IMG/VR virus record: IMGVR_UViG_3300042564_004737
Origin: a virus
Taxonomy: Duplodnaviria; Heunggongvirae; Uroviricota; Caudoviricetes
Direction: 5' to 3' (one strand)
DNA length: 64,000 nt
The position numbers were made by a program, and so were the translations under genes. Of the stretch, positions 52,714 to 61,803 are shown piece by piece. Numbering within the stretch: position 1 is the first letter of the stretch; every line of letters starts with the position of its first letter. The notes under the pieces were generated by a model. It made no database searches. It had not been told where the DNA came from and saw only the letters and a program-made list of their open reading frames with translations.

Positions 52714-53272
52714 TAAAAAAACGATAGTGGTCTTCTAACGTCCAAGTGTCAAGATTGTCTATTGACTTGCCGTTAAAAGTTTTAATTTCAATATCTGGTG
52801 CAATTAGCTGGTAGCGTTTGAAAAAAGTCCATCCGTCTGGAGTGCTATCATGCAAACTGGCTTCACGCAAGGCTTTGTCGACTTTTTTGCTCACCCGACA
52901 GGTAGGCATGTTGATAGCCTGCTGAATAGTTATTTTGCCATCAATTAAGAGATCACGAACCACACAAAGTGGAATTACATGCTCAAACGTCACATCCTTG
53001 GCAGCTAAACTGACCCCACTTTGGTTGTAGTGGCTTTTGATTCGTCCCTGAATAGCATACTCCTGATAACGACGAATAGCTTTGTCCATATCATCACGCC
53101 ATAAACGAGCTTGCATATCTTCTTCAACGACATTGTTACGATATAACTTTAATAGGCGTTCAAGGGCTACAACTGCCCATTCCTCGCACTGACGATATGC
53201 CTTGTCGTTACGCTTGACCCTAGTATAATTTTTAACACGCATGTTCTGCATGCTTTCTTGTAGTGTAGGCAT
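52697..53272 (-). CDS. Putative HNH-type nuclease (EHxxP)
   Basis: VTFEHVIP; coupled to the upstream ParB-like gene. Confidence 0.5.
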   Translation of the reverse strand: MPTLQESMQNMRVKNYTRVKRNDKAYRQCEEWAVVALERLLKLYRNNVVEEDMQARLWRDDMDKAIRRYQEYAIQGRIKSHYNQSGVSLAAKDVTFEHVIPLCVVRDLLIDGKITIQQAINMPTCRVSKKVDKALREASLHDSTPDGWTFFKRYQLIAPDIEIKTFNGKSIDNLDTWTLEDHYRFFNVVEE

Positions 53273-53273
53273 A

Positions 53274-54479
53274 TTAATATAAATCCTTTCGAGCAGGTAT
53301 AAATGGAACGCTACTGTTCAAGGCAGGAATGCGTCCACCTGTCCACGTTTTGGACAATTGATGCCACAAAAATGTACCACCTGTATTCCAATTTTTAGCC
53401 ACCTTGATGTGTTTGGGTTGATGCTGTACCGGCATATTTGCATAGTATTTTTTATGCCAATTCTCATAAGCCTTGCGCACCTTTACCCAAAAATCACTTG
53501 ATTCGTAAAAGTCTGACCCAAATAATTGATGCAAGTGATCTCCTAGACTAACAATTTCATCATCGGTGTAGTCTATTCCATCTTCTTTGGCCATGTTAAA
53601 CCATGCACACATGATCTCAATCTCCTGCGAAACAATATTCCGCGGAGTAGGAATGGTGGTAGTGTACATACAGAATTTACGAATAGTGTCACTGGTGTAT
53701 TTGTCGATTTCTGTCATACGACTGATAGCACCTGACATATGTGTGTCTCCAAACTTTTCCGCTGTAACAAACAATCCTGCTTGTTCTAGGTATTGTTGTT
53801 TTAGCTCGGCTTCAACCCATTCACTCTTTTTACTGCCATCAAGTCGAACACCTAGCACCATCTGACGGTACAAGTCAATACTGTCTAAACGCAATTTACC
53901 AATGTCACTATTGCCACTCACAAAGTTTTCACGAATATCTGCACGATTTTTTATTTTGTAAAGAATACTGGGAACCATAACCTTACGAGGATCTTGATTA
54001 AAAATCATAACTGCAATAATCCAATACACAATTGCTGTGTGTTGGGCGTCCCAACTTGCAAATAATTTAGTGCCCACAGGATATAATTTGGCTAAATCTC
54101 CGCCGCCTGTGACCTCATATAGTTTAATAGGATCAGCTTGCACCTCGCGGAAGTTTCTAAGTATTTCAATTACCCAGGTTAGGTTAAGAATTCGTTGGAT
54201 TGTGATGTCGATCAAAATGTCCGACATGGGAGTAAGACCAGCCACGCATAGTTGCAAGTCTTCAAAACATTTAACAAGTGGATTGTTTTTTTGGAATACC
54301 GCAATGGCATTCTTGAGTTGACTTCGAACTCCTGAGGACTTCATGGACAGAAGAGTGGAGAGTGTGTCATTGAAACGCTGTTTTAGGTCAACGAATTTAG
54401 AACCACTGTGATTGTACTGTGCGTTCTGTTGATCCGCATAACTCTGCGGTACAGCGGGTGAAATAAAGTTTGTTGTCAT
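53274..54479 (-). CDS. ParB/DGQHR-superfamily protein
   Basis: IDITIQR.L and SWDAQHT; promoter TTGACA-17-TAACAT near 54554-54582. Confidence 0.55.
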   Translation of the reverse strand: MTTNFISPAVPQSYADQQNAQYNHSGSKFVDLKQRFNDTLSTLLSMKSSGVRSQLKNAIAVFQKNNPLVKCFEDLQLCVAGLTPMSDILIDITIQRILNLTWVIEILRNFREVQADPIKLYEVTGGGDLAKLYPVGTKLFASWDAQHTAIVYWIIAVMIFNQDPRKVMVPSILYKIKNRADIRENFVSGNSDIGKLRLDSIDLYRQMVLGVRLDGSKKSEWVEAELKQQYLEQAGLFVTAEKFGDTHMSGAISRMTEIDKYTSDTIRKFCMYTTTIPTPRNIVSQEIEIMCAWFNMAKEDGIDYTDDEIVSLGDHLHQLFGSDFYESSDFWVKVRKAYENWHKKYYANMPVQHQPKHIKVAKNWNTGGTFLWHQLSKTWTGGRIPALNSSVPFIPARKDLY

Positions 54480-54615
54480 TTCTAAATACCTTTTTAAATT
54501 GTGATTTTCTCCGGCGTAGCCAGTGGCATGTCCATCGATAATTGAAATTGTATGTTAACATAAAAATTAATTTGTGTCAACTATAACTTGAAACTGGTAA
54601 TAATTTATGGAGATA

Positions 54616-54960
54616 TCATACAATCACCTCTTTCTTGATTTGTCTATCACTGTAGTGCTTGTGACCAATGCGCCGAATGGTGTCGGCTGCTGTTTGTGGA
54701 TCAGCTTCGAACATGTCACGAATGTCATCTTCAGTGATACCCGGTTGTGCAGTAATGACGTAGATTTCGTAGTGGCGTTGGCTATTGTATCTAGCTCGCA
54801 ATTCCCAATGCATGATGTTGGGCGGCCTTGGTGGTTCAACACCCTTTAACAGTGCAAATGTACGGTCAGCCGGATTGGGCACACGAACCACAGCTTCCAG
54901 TCCATTGCAGTTCCACATGATGGCAAACATGGTTGGCCGTTCGTCAATTTCTTCAGTCAC
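54616..54960 (-). CDS. Hypothetical protein
   Basis: LRARYNSQRHYEIY. Confidence 0.7.
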   Translation of the reverse strand: MTEEIDERPTMFAIMWNCNGLEAVVRVPNPADRTFALLKGVEPPRPPNIMHWELRARYNSQRHYEIYVITAQPGITEDDIRDMFEADPQTAADTIRRIGHKHYSDRQIKKEVIV

Positions 54961-54971
54961 AATAAATTCGC

Positions 54972-55190
54972 CTATTGAGGTTGTTTGAAAAAATCCTGCA
55001 CTCTCAACACTGCTTCGTCCCAGCTGGGTGCTACCACTGTGACAAAAGCTTCGCCGGCCACAATGTTCATGTCAAACGGCACCACTCCAGAAAACCTAAA
55101 TCCTTCCGGAATAGTGATCTGAACCTGATACTCTGTCAGGCTCTTGATGTCACGCATCACATGTTCGATTGTTCGGCCGTCTTGGTTCAT
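54972..55190 (-). CDS. Hypothetical protein
   Basis: 72 aa, ATGA overlap. Confidence 0.65.
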   Translation of the reverse strand: MNQDGRTIEHVMRDIKSLTEYQVQITIPEGFRFSGVVPFDMNIVAGEAFVTVVAPSWDEAVLRVQDFFKQPQ

Positions 55191-55411
55191 AACCGAAATT
55201 GTTGCAGCACTGAACGGGCTTCAGCACAGTTGCCCAGAGTTTCTTCCATGGCCTCAAGAATCACCAAGCGTTGTAGCACATCGGCACAGCATTGCTCTTC
55301 GGCTGTGAGCTGTTCGTACCAGTCCAGGTATTCTGATTCGCTGTCAAGATGCCACATTGTGTCCAGCATTTCGACCTGGTACGGAGTGAGATTTGTAAGG
55401 TGAATATCCAT
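55187..55411 (-). CDS. Small acidic hypothetical protein
   Basis: Start corrected to MDIHLTNL; promoter TTGACT-17-TATAAT at 55437-55465. Confidence 0.7.
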   Translation of the reverse strand: MDIHLTNLTPYQVEMLDTMWHLDSESEYLDWYEQLTAEEQCCADVLQRLVILEAMEETLGNCAEARSVLQQFRL

Positions 55412-55479
55412 GGTGTTTCCTAGTGAGTGAGCTTGTATTATAGCTGATCTAGGGTTTGGAGTCAAGTACAGCAAAAGTA

Positions 55480-55740
55480 CTAACACCATTGCAGCGAAAA
55501 TGCTGCACAATCGCGATCTGAATCAAAGTAAAAAATATATTGTCCCGGACTTATATCCGAACTGACTGTTACCAATTCCCAGCGCCACTCACCGGTGCAT
55601 TCGCTTTTACACCAGTTGATCACAGAGTCCAGCGCCCCAAACGGTTTGGAAATTTTTCGGGTGTGTTGAAAACTCTCAGCTGCTCGCAGTTCGAAACTGA
55701 AAGTTTTAGATCGTTTTGCAACAGCGGTTGACATGGACAT
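55480..55740 (-). CDS. Small protein, F-x-L-K-W family
   Basis: Ends YIFYFDSDRDCAAFSLQWC. Confidence 0.7.
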   Translation of the reverse strand: MSMSTAVAKRSKTFSFELRAAESFQHTRKISKPFGALDSVINWCKSECTGEWRWELVTVSSDISPGQYIFYFDSDRDCAAFSLQWC

Positions 55741-55766
55741 AATTTATCTTGACACAGTGACCAAAT

Positions 55767-56543
55767 TCAAACTGAATATTTTTTCAGTGTGGCATTGTAT
55801 TTGGTCATGTCAGCACAGGTGTACTTTTGATATGAATCTTTAAGTATATCCGGCATGGGCACAGTGGTGATCGGCACTCCGTATTGTTTCGCCACCTCCA
55901 TAAAACTCTGTGGCTTACCAGTGCCCACATTCCATATGCCACTTTCAGGAATTGACATGAACCGCAGGTGTGTGTCAACGATCTTGCTCACATGCACAAA
56001 GTCTCGATGATACAATTCACTGTTTTCAAACACCTTGATAGTGCCAGTGGTTTCGGCCTGTCGCCGAAACTGGCTGTGCGGACTGGCCTGATTGCCTTTG
56101 TGGTCTTCACCTTGAGATCCGTACACATTGAAATAGCGGAACCCTTGTGCTGTGTTGCCACCTTGATGTCGGGCATGATGTCGCTCAAACAAATACTTGC
56201 TCCAGGCGTAAGGAGTTTTGGGATCAACTGGACTGTGTTCAGCAAAGTCACTGATCAGGCCATACACACTGGCCGAACTGGCGTACTGAAAGTTCACACC
56301 AAATCGTTTGCATTCGTCAAACAGTTCCGCAGAAAATTCATAGTTCTGACGCAGTACTCGGTCAACATCACGCTCTGTGGTACTGCTGATGGCACCCAGG
56401 TGTATGACCCAATCTTGATCGATCACACCGGGTCTGGCACCGTCGTTCCAGTCGTATGTGGTCACTTCGTGATTTGCGTTTTTTAACGCAGTCAACATGT
56501 GACTGCCAATAAAACCTTTATGACCTGTAAGTAAAATTTTCAT
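55767..56543 (-). CDS. hldD: ADP-L-glycero-D-manno-heptose 6-epimerase-like
   Basis: TG..GFIGS, H.GAISSTTE, YASSASVYG, Y.WSK, RYFNVYG, RDFVHV. Confidence 0.85.
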   Translation of the reverse strand: MKILLTGHKGFIGSHMLTALKNANHEVTTYDWNDGARPGVIDQDWVIHLGAISSTTERDVDRVLRQNYEFSAELFDECKRFGVNFQYASSASVYGLISDFAEHSPVDPKTPYAWSKYLFERHHARHQGGNTAQGFRYFNVYGSQGEDHKGNQASPHSQFRRQAETTGTIKVFENSELYHRDFVHVSKIVDTHLRFMSIPESGIWNVGTGKPQSFMEVAKQYGVPITTVPMPDILKDSYQKYTCADMTKYNATLKKYSV

Positions 56544-57022
56544 AAATTTAAAATTTCTTGTAATGTTTTGTCAATGTCTCCACGATGTTGTATAGCAACA
56601 CCACCAGCATTCTGCCATTCTTCACAGTTGCTGGTACGGTCGTCAATTAAAACATCACCTGGGTTACAATGCACATGTTTATCATGACTATATGGTCCAA
56701 ACATTACAGGAATATCCGGGTAGTGAATGGTGGCCCAATGCACTTTATCATAGAAGGCCCACTTAACATCATTGCCTTTGGGTACTGCTGTTAAAAACAT
56801 CAAATTCCAATTATTGGATTTGCATTTTTCTTTGCAAGCCGTAACAATAGTGTCCGCTTCTGCTGTTTTATCTAAGTCTCTATACAGACGTGGATTATCC
56901 CGTAGTCGTGTCCACTCCTTGTGTTCCCAGCGTTCGTCATCTTGTTTTTTACGCAACACACTGATTGCATAGGCGTTGAAGTCTGCAATTACATCATCCA
57001 TATCTAAATATACTGTTCTCAT
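56540..57022 (-). CDS. HAD phosphatase (NT5C-like)
   Basis: YLDMDDVIADF, K..W, LIDDR..N. Confidence 0.75.
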   Translation of the reverse strand: MRTVYLDMDDVIADFNAYAISVLRKKQDDERWEHKEWTRLRDNPRLYRDLDKTAEADTIVTACKEKCKSNNWNLMFLTAVPKGNDVKWAFYDKVHWATIHYPDIPVMFGPYSHDKHVHCNPGDVLIDDRTSNCEEWQNAGGVAIQHRGDIDKTLQEILNL

Positions 57023-57378
57023 TTTTGGCTGTCACCCTTGCCCACACGGTAATTGTCTGCTATACTGTCGGCAGTGCTTACTTCAATGATGGTTCCGGCT
57101 TCCAAACAGATCACCTGGTGCGGTTGCAATGGTCTATTGCGCCAGACGCAGCCTGCTGTCAGTTCTGTTTCGTGCTGGCTGGCATCGCGTGTTTCAATAA
57201 ACTTGACAACAAACTTTCCATCCAGCACATACCACGACTCATCTTTTTCTGCATGAAAGTGCATGCTGAATTTGGCATCCTTGTTGAATTTCAACAGCTT
57301 GCCGCAGTACTTGTCCGTGGTGGCCCATATCAGTTCTGAACCCCAGCCTTTTTCTACAAAACCTTCTAATCTCAACAT
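57019..57378 (-). CDS. Cupin sugar isomerase-like protein
   Basis: KGWG.E, SMHFH..KDESW, P.QPH. Confidence 0.75.
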   Translation of the reverse strand: MLRLEGFVEKGWGSELIWATTDKYCGKLLKFNKDAKFSMHFHAEKDESWYVLDGKFVVKFIETRDASQHETELTAGCVWRNRPLQPHQVICLEAGTIIEVSTADSIADNYRVGKGDSQK

Positions 57379-58130
57379 TGAATTTCCTCTAGTGTTGGTG
57401 CATACACACCGGTGTGTTGCACAGTGACGGCTGCTGCCCGATTGGCAAAATCTATGGATTTCTTCATGCAGCCTGTATTTAAAAATTCTACAACCAGTGC
57501 AGACAAAAAGGTATCACCGGCACCACACACATCTGTCACTTCGACCAGTGGTGTTTGATAACTGTTTCCTTTGTATTTTGCGCCGTCTTTGCCGCTGGTC
57601 ACAATCAGTTCACTGCATTCGGATTTCAACAAACTGTGTTCCAGTGCGTTGATTTTTACAATGCATCCTTCCAATCTTGCCAACTCAGTTTTTTTTGTAT
57701 CAACAAAGATCGGGCCACGAAACTCTTTGCGTACCCATTCAATTGCTTCGTAACTTACAAAGCCTTTGTTGTAGTCCGAAATCACAATGGCATCGTAGTT
57801 GTTGATGCCCACGGGCCATGATCCGGCTTGTATGCCTGATGATTGTGTATCGTTGTCTATTCTAACAATGTGCTGTTTGCTTCGTGCATCGATCAATCTG
57901 GTTTTGGTACTGGGCGGGCCGTCTGTGATGTACTTTACATTGCAACCCAGTGCTATCAAATTGTCATTGACATTGCCGGCCATGCCGGGGCGTGACAGTT
58001 CGTAAAGAAGCTTGAACACCGGCACCGGCGCTTCGGGACTGATGCGATCTATAGACCCGTACTGGTAAACGTCTACACAGTCATCGCCCAGCAATAATAT
58101 GTTGAATTTTTTCTGTTGTGGAGTAGCCAT
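57372..58130 (-). CDS. hldA: Heptose-7-phosphate kinase (RfaE1/HldA, PfkB family)
   Basis: RISPEAPVPV, GMAGNV..NL, SDYNKG, DVCGAGDTF. Confidence 0.88.
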   Translation of the reverse strand: MATPQQKKFNILLLGDDCVDVYQYGSIDRISPEAPVPVFKLLYELSRPGMAGNVNDNLIALGCNVKYITDGPPSTKTRLIDARSKQHIVRIDNDTQSSGIQAGSWPVGINNYDAIVISDYNKGFVSYEAIEWVRKEFRGPIFVDTKKTELARLEGCIVKINALEHSLLKSECSELIVTSGKDGAKYKGNSYQTPLVEVTDVCGAGDTFLSALVVEFLNTGCMKKSIDFANRAAAVTVQHTGVYAPTLEEIQC

Positions 58131-58479
58131 TGATCCTGTCAAACCATTCTGTTTGTTTGCAGTATTCTTGTCCAATGTAGCCGTGAGCTTTCCAGTCACT
58201 GCCTTTGACCATGATGTCTGCGTTGTACTCTTTTAAAATATCAATCAAGTCTTGATCAGTGTTGAAGATTTTTACTTGATCCACTGCTCTAAGACTTTGC
58301 AACAATTCTTGGCGTTCTTGTTGGGAGTTTATTGGTCGGTCTAGGCCTTTGATCGTTTTTACTCTGCTGTCCGAATCAATACACACCAGCACATGATCGC
58401 CTAGCGTACTGGCGTGCGCCAACATGCGCAGATGTCCCACATGCACAATGTCAAATGTCCCATTCAATACAATCTTCAT
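58081..58479 (-). CDS. hldC: Heptose-1-phosphate adenylyltransferase (RfaE2/HldC)
   Basis: GTFDIVHVGH, SD..V...KG..RPI, KG.DW, YSTT. Confidence 0.85.
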   Translation of the reverse strand: MKIVLNGTFDIVHVGHLRMLAHASTLGDHVLVCIDSDSRVKTIKGLDRPINSQQERQELLQSLRAVDQVKIFNTDQDLIDILKEYNADIMVKGSDWKAHGYIGQEYCKQTEWFDRINGYSTTEKIQHIIAGR

Positions 58480-58715
58480 TTGATATAGTGTTTTTGTATG
58501 TATTCATCGGCCCTGACAGGGTCTCGCGTGTAACACAATATATAGTCAACAATGTCGAAGTGGTTGCAAAAATCATCGCCGTAGGCCACACCAAATTTTA
58601 TTGCGTTAAAGATGTGATCTTTACGCCATTTTTGGTAGTCCCGTTTGGAAACTGCTGTTGTTCGATTTTGTACAGCCACGGCAGTGAACACACTGTAGCC
58701 ACGCTGCATTGTCAT
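58476..58715 (-). CDS. Hypothetical protein
   Basis: 79 aa, coupled to neighbours. Confidence 0.65.
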   Translation of the reverse strand: MTMQRGYSVFTAVAVQNRTTAVSKRDYQKWRKDHIFNAIKFGVAYGDDFCNHFDIVDYILCYTRDPVRADEYIQKHYIK

Positions 58716-58888
58716 TTTTTCAATGCCTCGGACGCTGGGTTATCAAACAGATCAAATTGTCGATGTTGGTCACTGCTGGGTTCCGTCCAGTATTCACACT
58801 CGCACACATATCGATTTTCAGTGTGTGACGCATTCCTTAAAAATCCATGTGGCGCATCCGGATGAGTTTTACAAGCTGGTTGATGCAT
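58712..58888 (-). CDS. Small Cys/His protein (58 aa)
   Basis: Below track cutoff: MHQPACKTHPDAPHGFLRNASHTENRYVCECEYW...; ATGA overlap. Confidence 0.7.
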   Translation of the reverse strand: MHQPACKTHPDAPHGFLRNASHTENRYVCECEYWTEPSSDQHRQFDLFDNPASEALKK

Positions 58889-58891
58889 GAT

Positions 58892-59221
58892 CTAATTCCA
58901 CCTCATTGCTGCTATTGTGGCATATTTGGCATGCTTGCGTCTAATCTTTATGGTCAGATAATTCTTTGTCTCATCTATAGACGGCCCCACGGTCCAGTCC
59001 CAGTCCCAGCCTTGACGACCCACATGTTGTTCTATCCAAGGTCTGTAATGATCATTGGGGTCTGCTGACTCAAAAGTCACATAGGCTGCACCGCCCAAAT
59101 CATACCAGAATGGATCTTCGGGCCCGGGCCCTGCTACGATCGCACCTGTTGGCCAGCGAACATTGATCACAACTCCGGGCATGAATCGCCACCAAAGTTT
59201 TCTTTTAATATTCATAACCAT
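58892..59221 (-). CDS. Small protein, F-x-L-K-W family
   Basis: Ends KYATIAAMRWN. Confidence 0.65.
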   Translation of the reverse strand: MVMNIKRKLWWRFMPGVVINVRWPTGAIVAGPGPEDPFWYDLGGAAYVTFESADPNDHYRPWIEQHVGRQGWDWDWTVGPSIDETKNYLTIKIRRKHAKYATIAAMRWN

Positions 59222-59493
59222 TTTAGAAAAAACACAAGATATTTTTTTTCATCCACAATGTCATAGGTGTCTGTTATGCTGCCGCCTGCGTCTTCATGCA
59301 GTTGTATTCCATAAGTTTCTTCGATATAATTTTTAAAATCACGCTCATCAAATTTTTTTCCCAACGGAATCAAGCTGTTCATGTATTCCAGGCGTGTCGT
59401 TTTCAGGCCCTGCCAATACTTCCAACGTCGGCGACGAAACTCAATGTCAGGATCACTGTCGTCAAAATCTTGAAATGGAACAATGCTGGCCAC
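59212..59493 (-). CDS. Small protein, F-x-L-K-W family
   Basis: Ends IVDEKKYLVFFLKWL. Confidence 0.7.
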   Translation of the reverse strand: MASIVPFQDFDDSDPDIEFRRRRWKYWQGLKTTRLEYMNSLIPLGKKFDERDFKNYIEETYGIQLHEDAGGSITDTYDIVDEKKYLVFFLKWL

Positions 59494-59500
59494 GGTGGTG

Positions 59501-59764
59501 TCATGCCCACTTCAATGCAAAGGCCACTGCCTGTTTGGGATCATCAAACTCCACATCATAAAAGCTAGTGCCCACGGTGCCTCTTGGTGCTACTTGTCTA
59601 TGTGAGGTGCCGCGTCTCATATGCCATCCTTCGCCGTGCCACATCATGATAGGCCGGCAGTGCAACAAATTGCCCACATGCTGTTGCAAGTAACTCAGCA
59701 CTTCGGCCCAGGGCTGATAGGTTCTCACTGTGTGTTTAGCCGCGGCGCATGGTTGCGATGTCAT
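59501..59764 (-). CDS. Small protein, F-x-L-K-W family
   Basis: Ends VEFDDPKQAVAFALKWA; start uncertain. Confidence 0.65.
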   Translation of the reverse strand: MTSQPCAAAKHTVRTYQPWAEVLSYLQQHVGNLLHCRPIMMWHGEGWHMRRGTSHRQVAPRGTVGTSFYDVEFDDPKQAVAFALKWA

Positions 59765-60134
59765 GTGCTTCTTCCGAGCTGAACACCGGAACTGCATTGC
59801 TCTTGTGCATGGTGCCAATACCGAGAATTTTTGTGCCAGTGTATTTGGGAATGTCTTTGGTGCGTAATGCACCCGAATGTCCTGTGTCCAGACTGGGAAT
59901 ATGCCTGGTGTTGGCACGATCATTTGAGGATGAGAGATTGTACTGCAAGGGTTCTGCTCGCATGGCTCTAGCCCGGCGTTTTTCTTCCGCTGCCACACCT
60001 TGAGATTTTAAGATCTCTTTCCAGCTGGCATCAAGTTCTCGTGCTCGTTGTGCTTCGGCAGCGTTGCGAAACTTGACCTTGCCCTTGCGTTTGCCTGTCA
60101 GACTGAGGGCAGGATGGTGTAGGTGCATGCTCAT
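59736..60134 (-). CDS. Conserved T4-like hypothetical basic protein
   Basis: YTG...GI.TMHKSNAVPVF...A..I..MRR. Confidence 0.75.
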   Translation of the reverse strand: MSMHLHHPALSLTGKRKGKVKFRNAAEAQRARELDASWKEILKSQGVAAEEKRRARAMRAEPLQYNLSSSNDRANTRHIPSLDTGHSGALRTKDIPKYTGTKILGIGTMHKSNAVPVFSSEEAHDIATMRRG

Positions 60135-60361
60135 TTTTTCAATAACTCCCAGGTATATTCAGAATCTTGCATGTAGGCAACAGGTTTGATCCAGCCGTAG
60201 TTGATACAATCTGCAAGGATCATTCGATATTCTTTTGGACATTTTTCACTGATTTCAAAACCAGCACGTGGCACCAAAGTAAATTCATTGGGGCTGAAAT
60301 GCCAGTCAGGATCGCCAGACTTGATTGTTCGAAAGGGTCGACCAGAAGTAATCTTTATCAT
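60131..60361 (-). CDS. Hypothetical protein
   Basis: TTGACC-17-TATAAT (60368-60396) 6 nt upstream of MIKITSG. Confidence 0.7.
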   Translation of the reverse strand: MIKITSGRPFRTIKSGDPDWHFSPNEFTLVPRAGFEISEKCPKEYRMILADCINYGWIKPVAYMQDSEYTWELLKK

Positions 60362-60392
60362 GCTGTTATTATAACACAATTGGGATTAATGG

Positions 60393-61088
60393 TCAAGCAA
60401 GATCAACCTGTGTCATTTTGATGTAAACTCTGTCCCGATAATGGCCGCGATGATGTTTGAAGTGCGTTGTGCCCGCGGAAAACATCTGCGGCTGTTGAGT
60501 CAGGGTGTCAAACAACTTGTACAGCACATTGTCATTCTTGATTTCTACCAAGTATGGCTCTGGAGAATTGTTGCGCACAAACCAAAACTGCCAATGAGAT
60601 CCGGCCCCAGCACGACTGCAAAATATTTTCTTCACAAGGGTAAACTTTCCTGCAATCTTTGCTGTGGCAGCGGCGGTCATTGATGCTGACTGTGTCTGAC
60701 TCATCACATGATCAAGGCCAGTGTCTTCAGCATAAAAGTATGGCAGTCGATACAGCAGACCTTCTTCAGATTTCTTCAGTTGATAGTTGCCAGTGACCAC
60801 ACCATACAGCTTGCGTCTAAATTCACTCATGACACCTTTGGACTTGAGTGCTGTCATCAACAGTCGATCAGCATAGTATCGGCGAATGTCAACTGCTGTG
60901 TCGCGATCCTGAGGGTCTACTGTTACTGAGTGCAGATCCAACCAGGCAAATCCACCTTCTTGCGACAATCTATAGCTGGCGCAGGCCATGGCAATTGGAT
61001 CATCTTTGAACACAATTGGTCCTTCAGGAGGCTCGTTGTCAGTGGTGAGAAAATCGTCCCAGTTGATTGTACGCAGTGCAGTTGTCAT
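60393..61088 (-). CDS. Hypothetical protein
   Basis: Start corrected to MTTALRT. Confidence 0.7.
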   Translation of the reverse strand: MTTALRTINWDDFLTTDNEPPEGPIVFKDDPIAMACASYRLSQEGGFAWLDLHSVTVDPQDRDTAVDIRRYYADRLLMTALKSKGVMSEFRRKLYGVVTGNYQLKKSEEGLLYRLPYFYAEDTGLDHVMSQTQSASMTAAATAKIAGKFTLVKKIFCSRAGAGSHWQFWFVRNNSPEPYLVEIKNDNVLYKLFDTLTQQPQMFSAGTTHFKHHRGHYRDRVYIKMTQVDLA

Positions 61089-61089
61089 G

Positions 61090-61803
61090 TCAATCCCAAA
61101 GATTTTGATAGTATTTTCCAAACAGAGCAAAACCGGTTTGGATTCGTTTTTCGTAGGCCATGCGACCTTTCATGTCAATCTCAAATGTGTCTTTTGGACC
61201 TTTGATCATTTCACTATTGCCATTTTCCAGTTTCTTCCATTGAAGGTCATGTTCACCGGAGTGAAACTGATCTTCCCAACTGTCGTCAACCTTGCTGTTG
61301 AACGCAAAAATCATTTCGTCCAGGACCCATTCCCAACGAGCAAAATGATTGGAATCTGTGTCCCATTCATTTTCTTTGGGCTCTGCAGATGTGCTACGCA
61401 GTTCTTTGGGAACATCTTTGTCGTCAACACTGCCAGCGCCGTGTTGCTGTTCCTTCAGTTGTCGCAGCATGGGCAACACAATCAACGCCAGTGTATGATC
61501 CATGTTCCAAGTATCCCACGGGTCAATTTCGACTTTGATTGTACGCTGTTGTCGACTGTGAATCCAAGTCAGGAATTTACTCAGCACAGTGTCCGGACGA
61601 TTGTGATTCCAACGGGTAATCTCGCCCACTTGGGGTTCAGGCGCTATGCTGCCGTGCGCCAGCCATTCGCCAAACTGGTGTACCCAATGCGGCTTGCTTT
61701 TGATGCCGTATTCGCCTTCTTGTTCTTTGACCCAGAAGCAAAGTAGTTCGGCCAGTTGGTAAGGACCGAAATAATTTGTGTGTGGTCCAATTTTTACTTT
61801 CAT
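61090..61803 (-). CDS. Conserved T4-like hypothetical protein
   Basis: IDPWDTWNMDHTL, RW.WVLDEMIFAF, GF.LFGKYY..LWD. Confidence 0.8.
   Translation of the reverse strand: MKVKIGPHTNYFGPYQLAELLCFWVKEQEGEYGIKSKPHWVHQFGEWLAHGSIAPEPQVGEITRWNHNRPDTVLSKFLTWIHSRQQRTIKVEIDPWDTWNMDHTLALIVLPMLRQLKEQQHGAGSVDDKDVPKELRSTSAEPKENEWDTDSNHFARWEWVLDEMIFAFNSKVDDSWEDQFHSGEHDLQWKKLENGNSEMIKGPKDTFEIDMKGRMAYEKRIQTGFALFGKYYQNLWD

Noticed and set aside
54513-54526. GGCGTAGCCAGTGG resembles the 5' half of a tRNA
   Set aside because: No anticodon arm, GTTCRA T-loop or acceptor pairing follows. It lies in the leader of a minus-strand gene.
56540-57022. Calling the HAD gmhB
   Set aside because: It lacks DRDG and the Cys/His zinc motif and has an NT5C-like pattern. 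A substitute role is kept only as a hypothesis.
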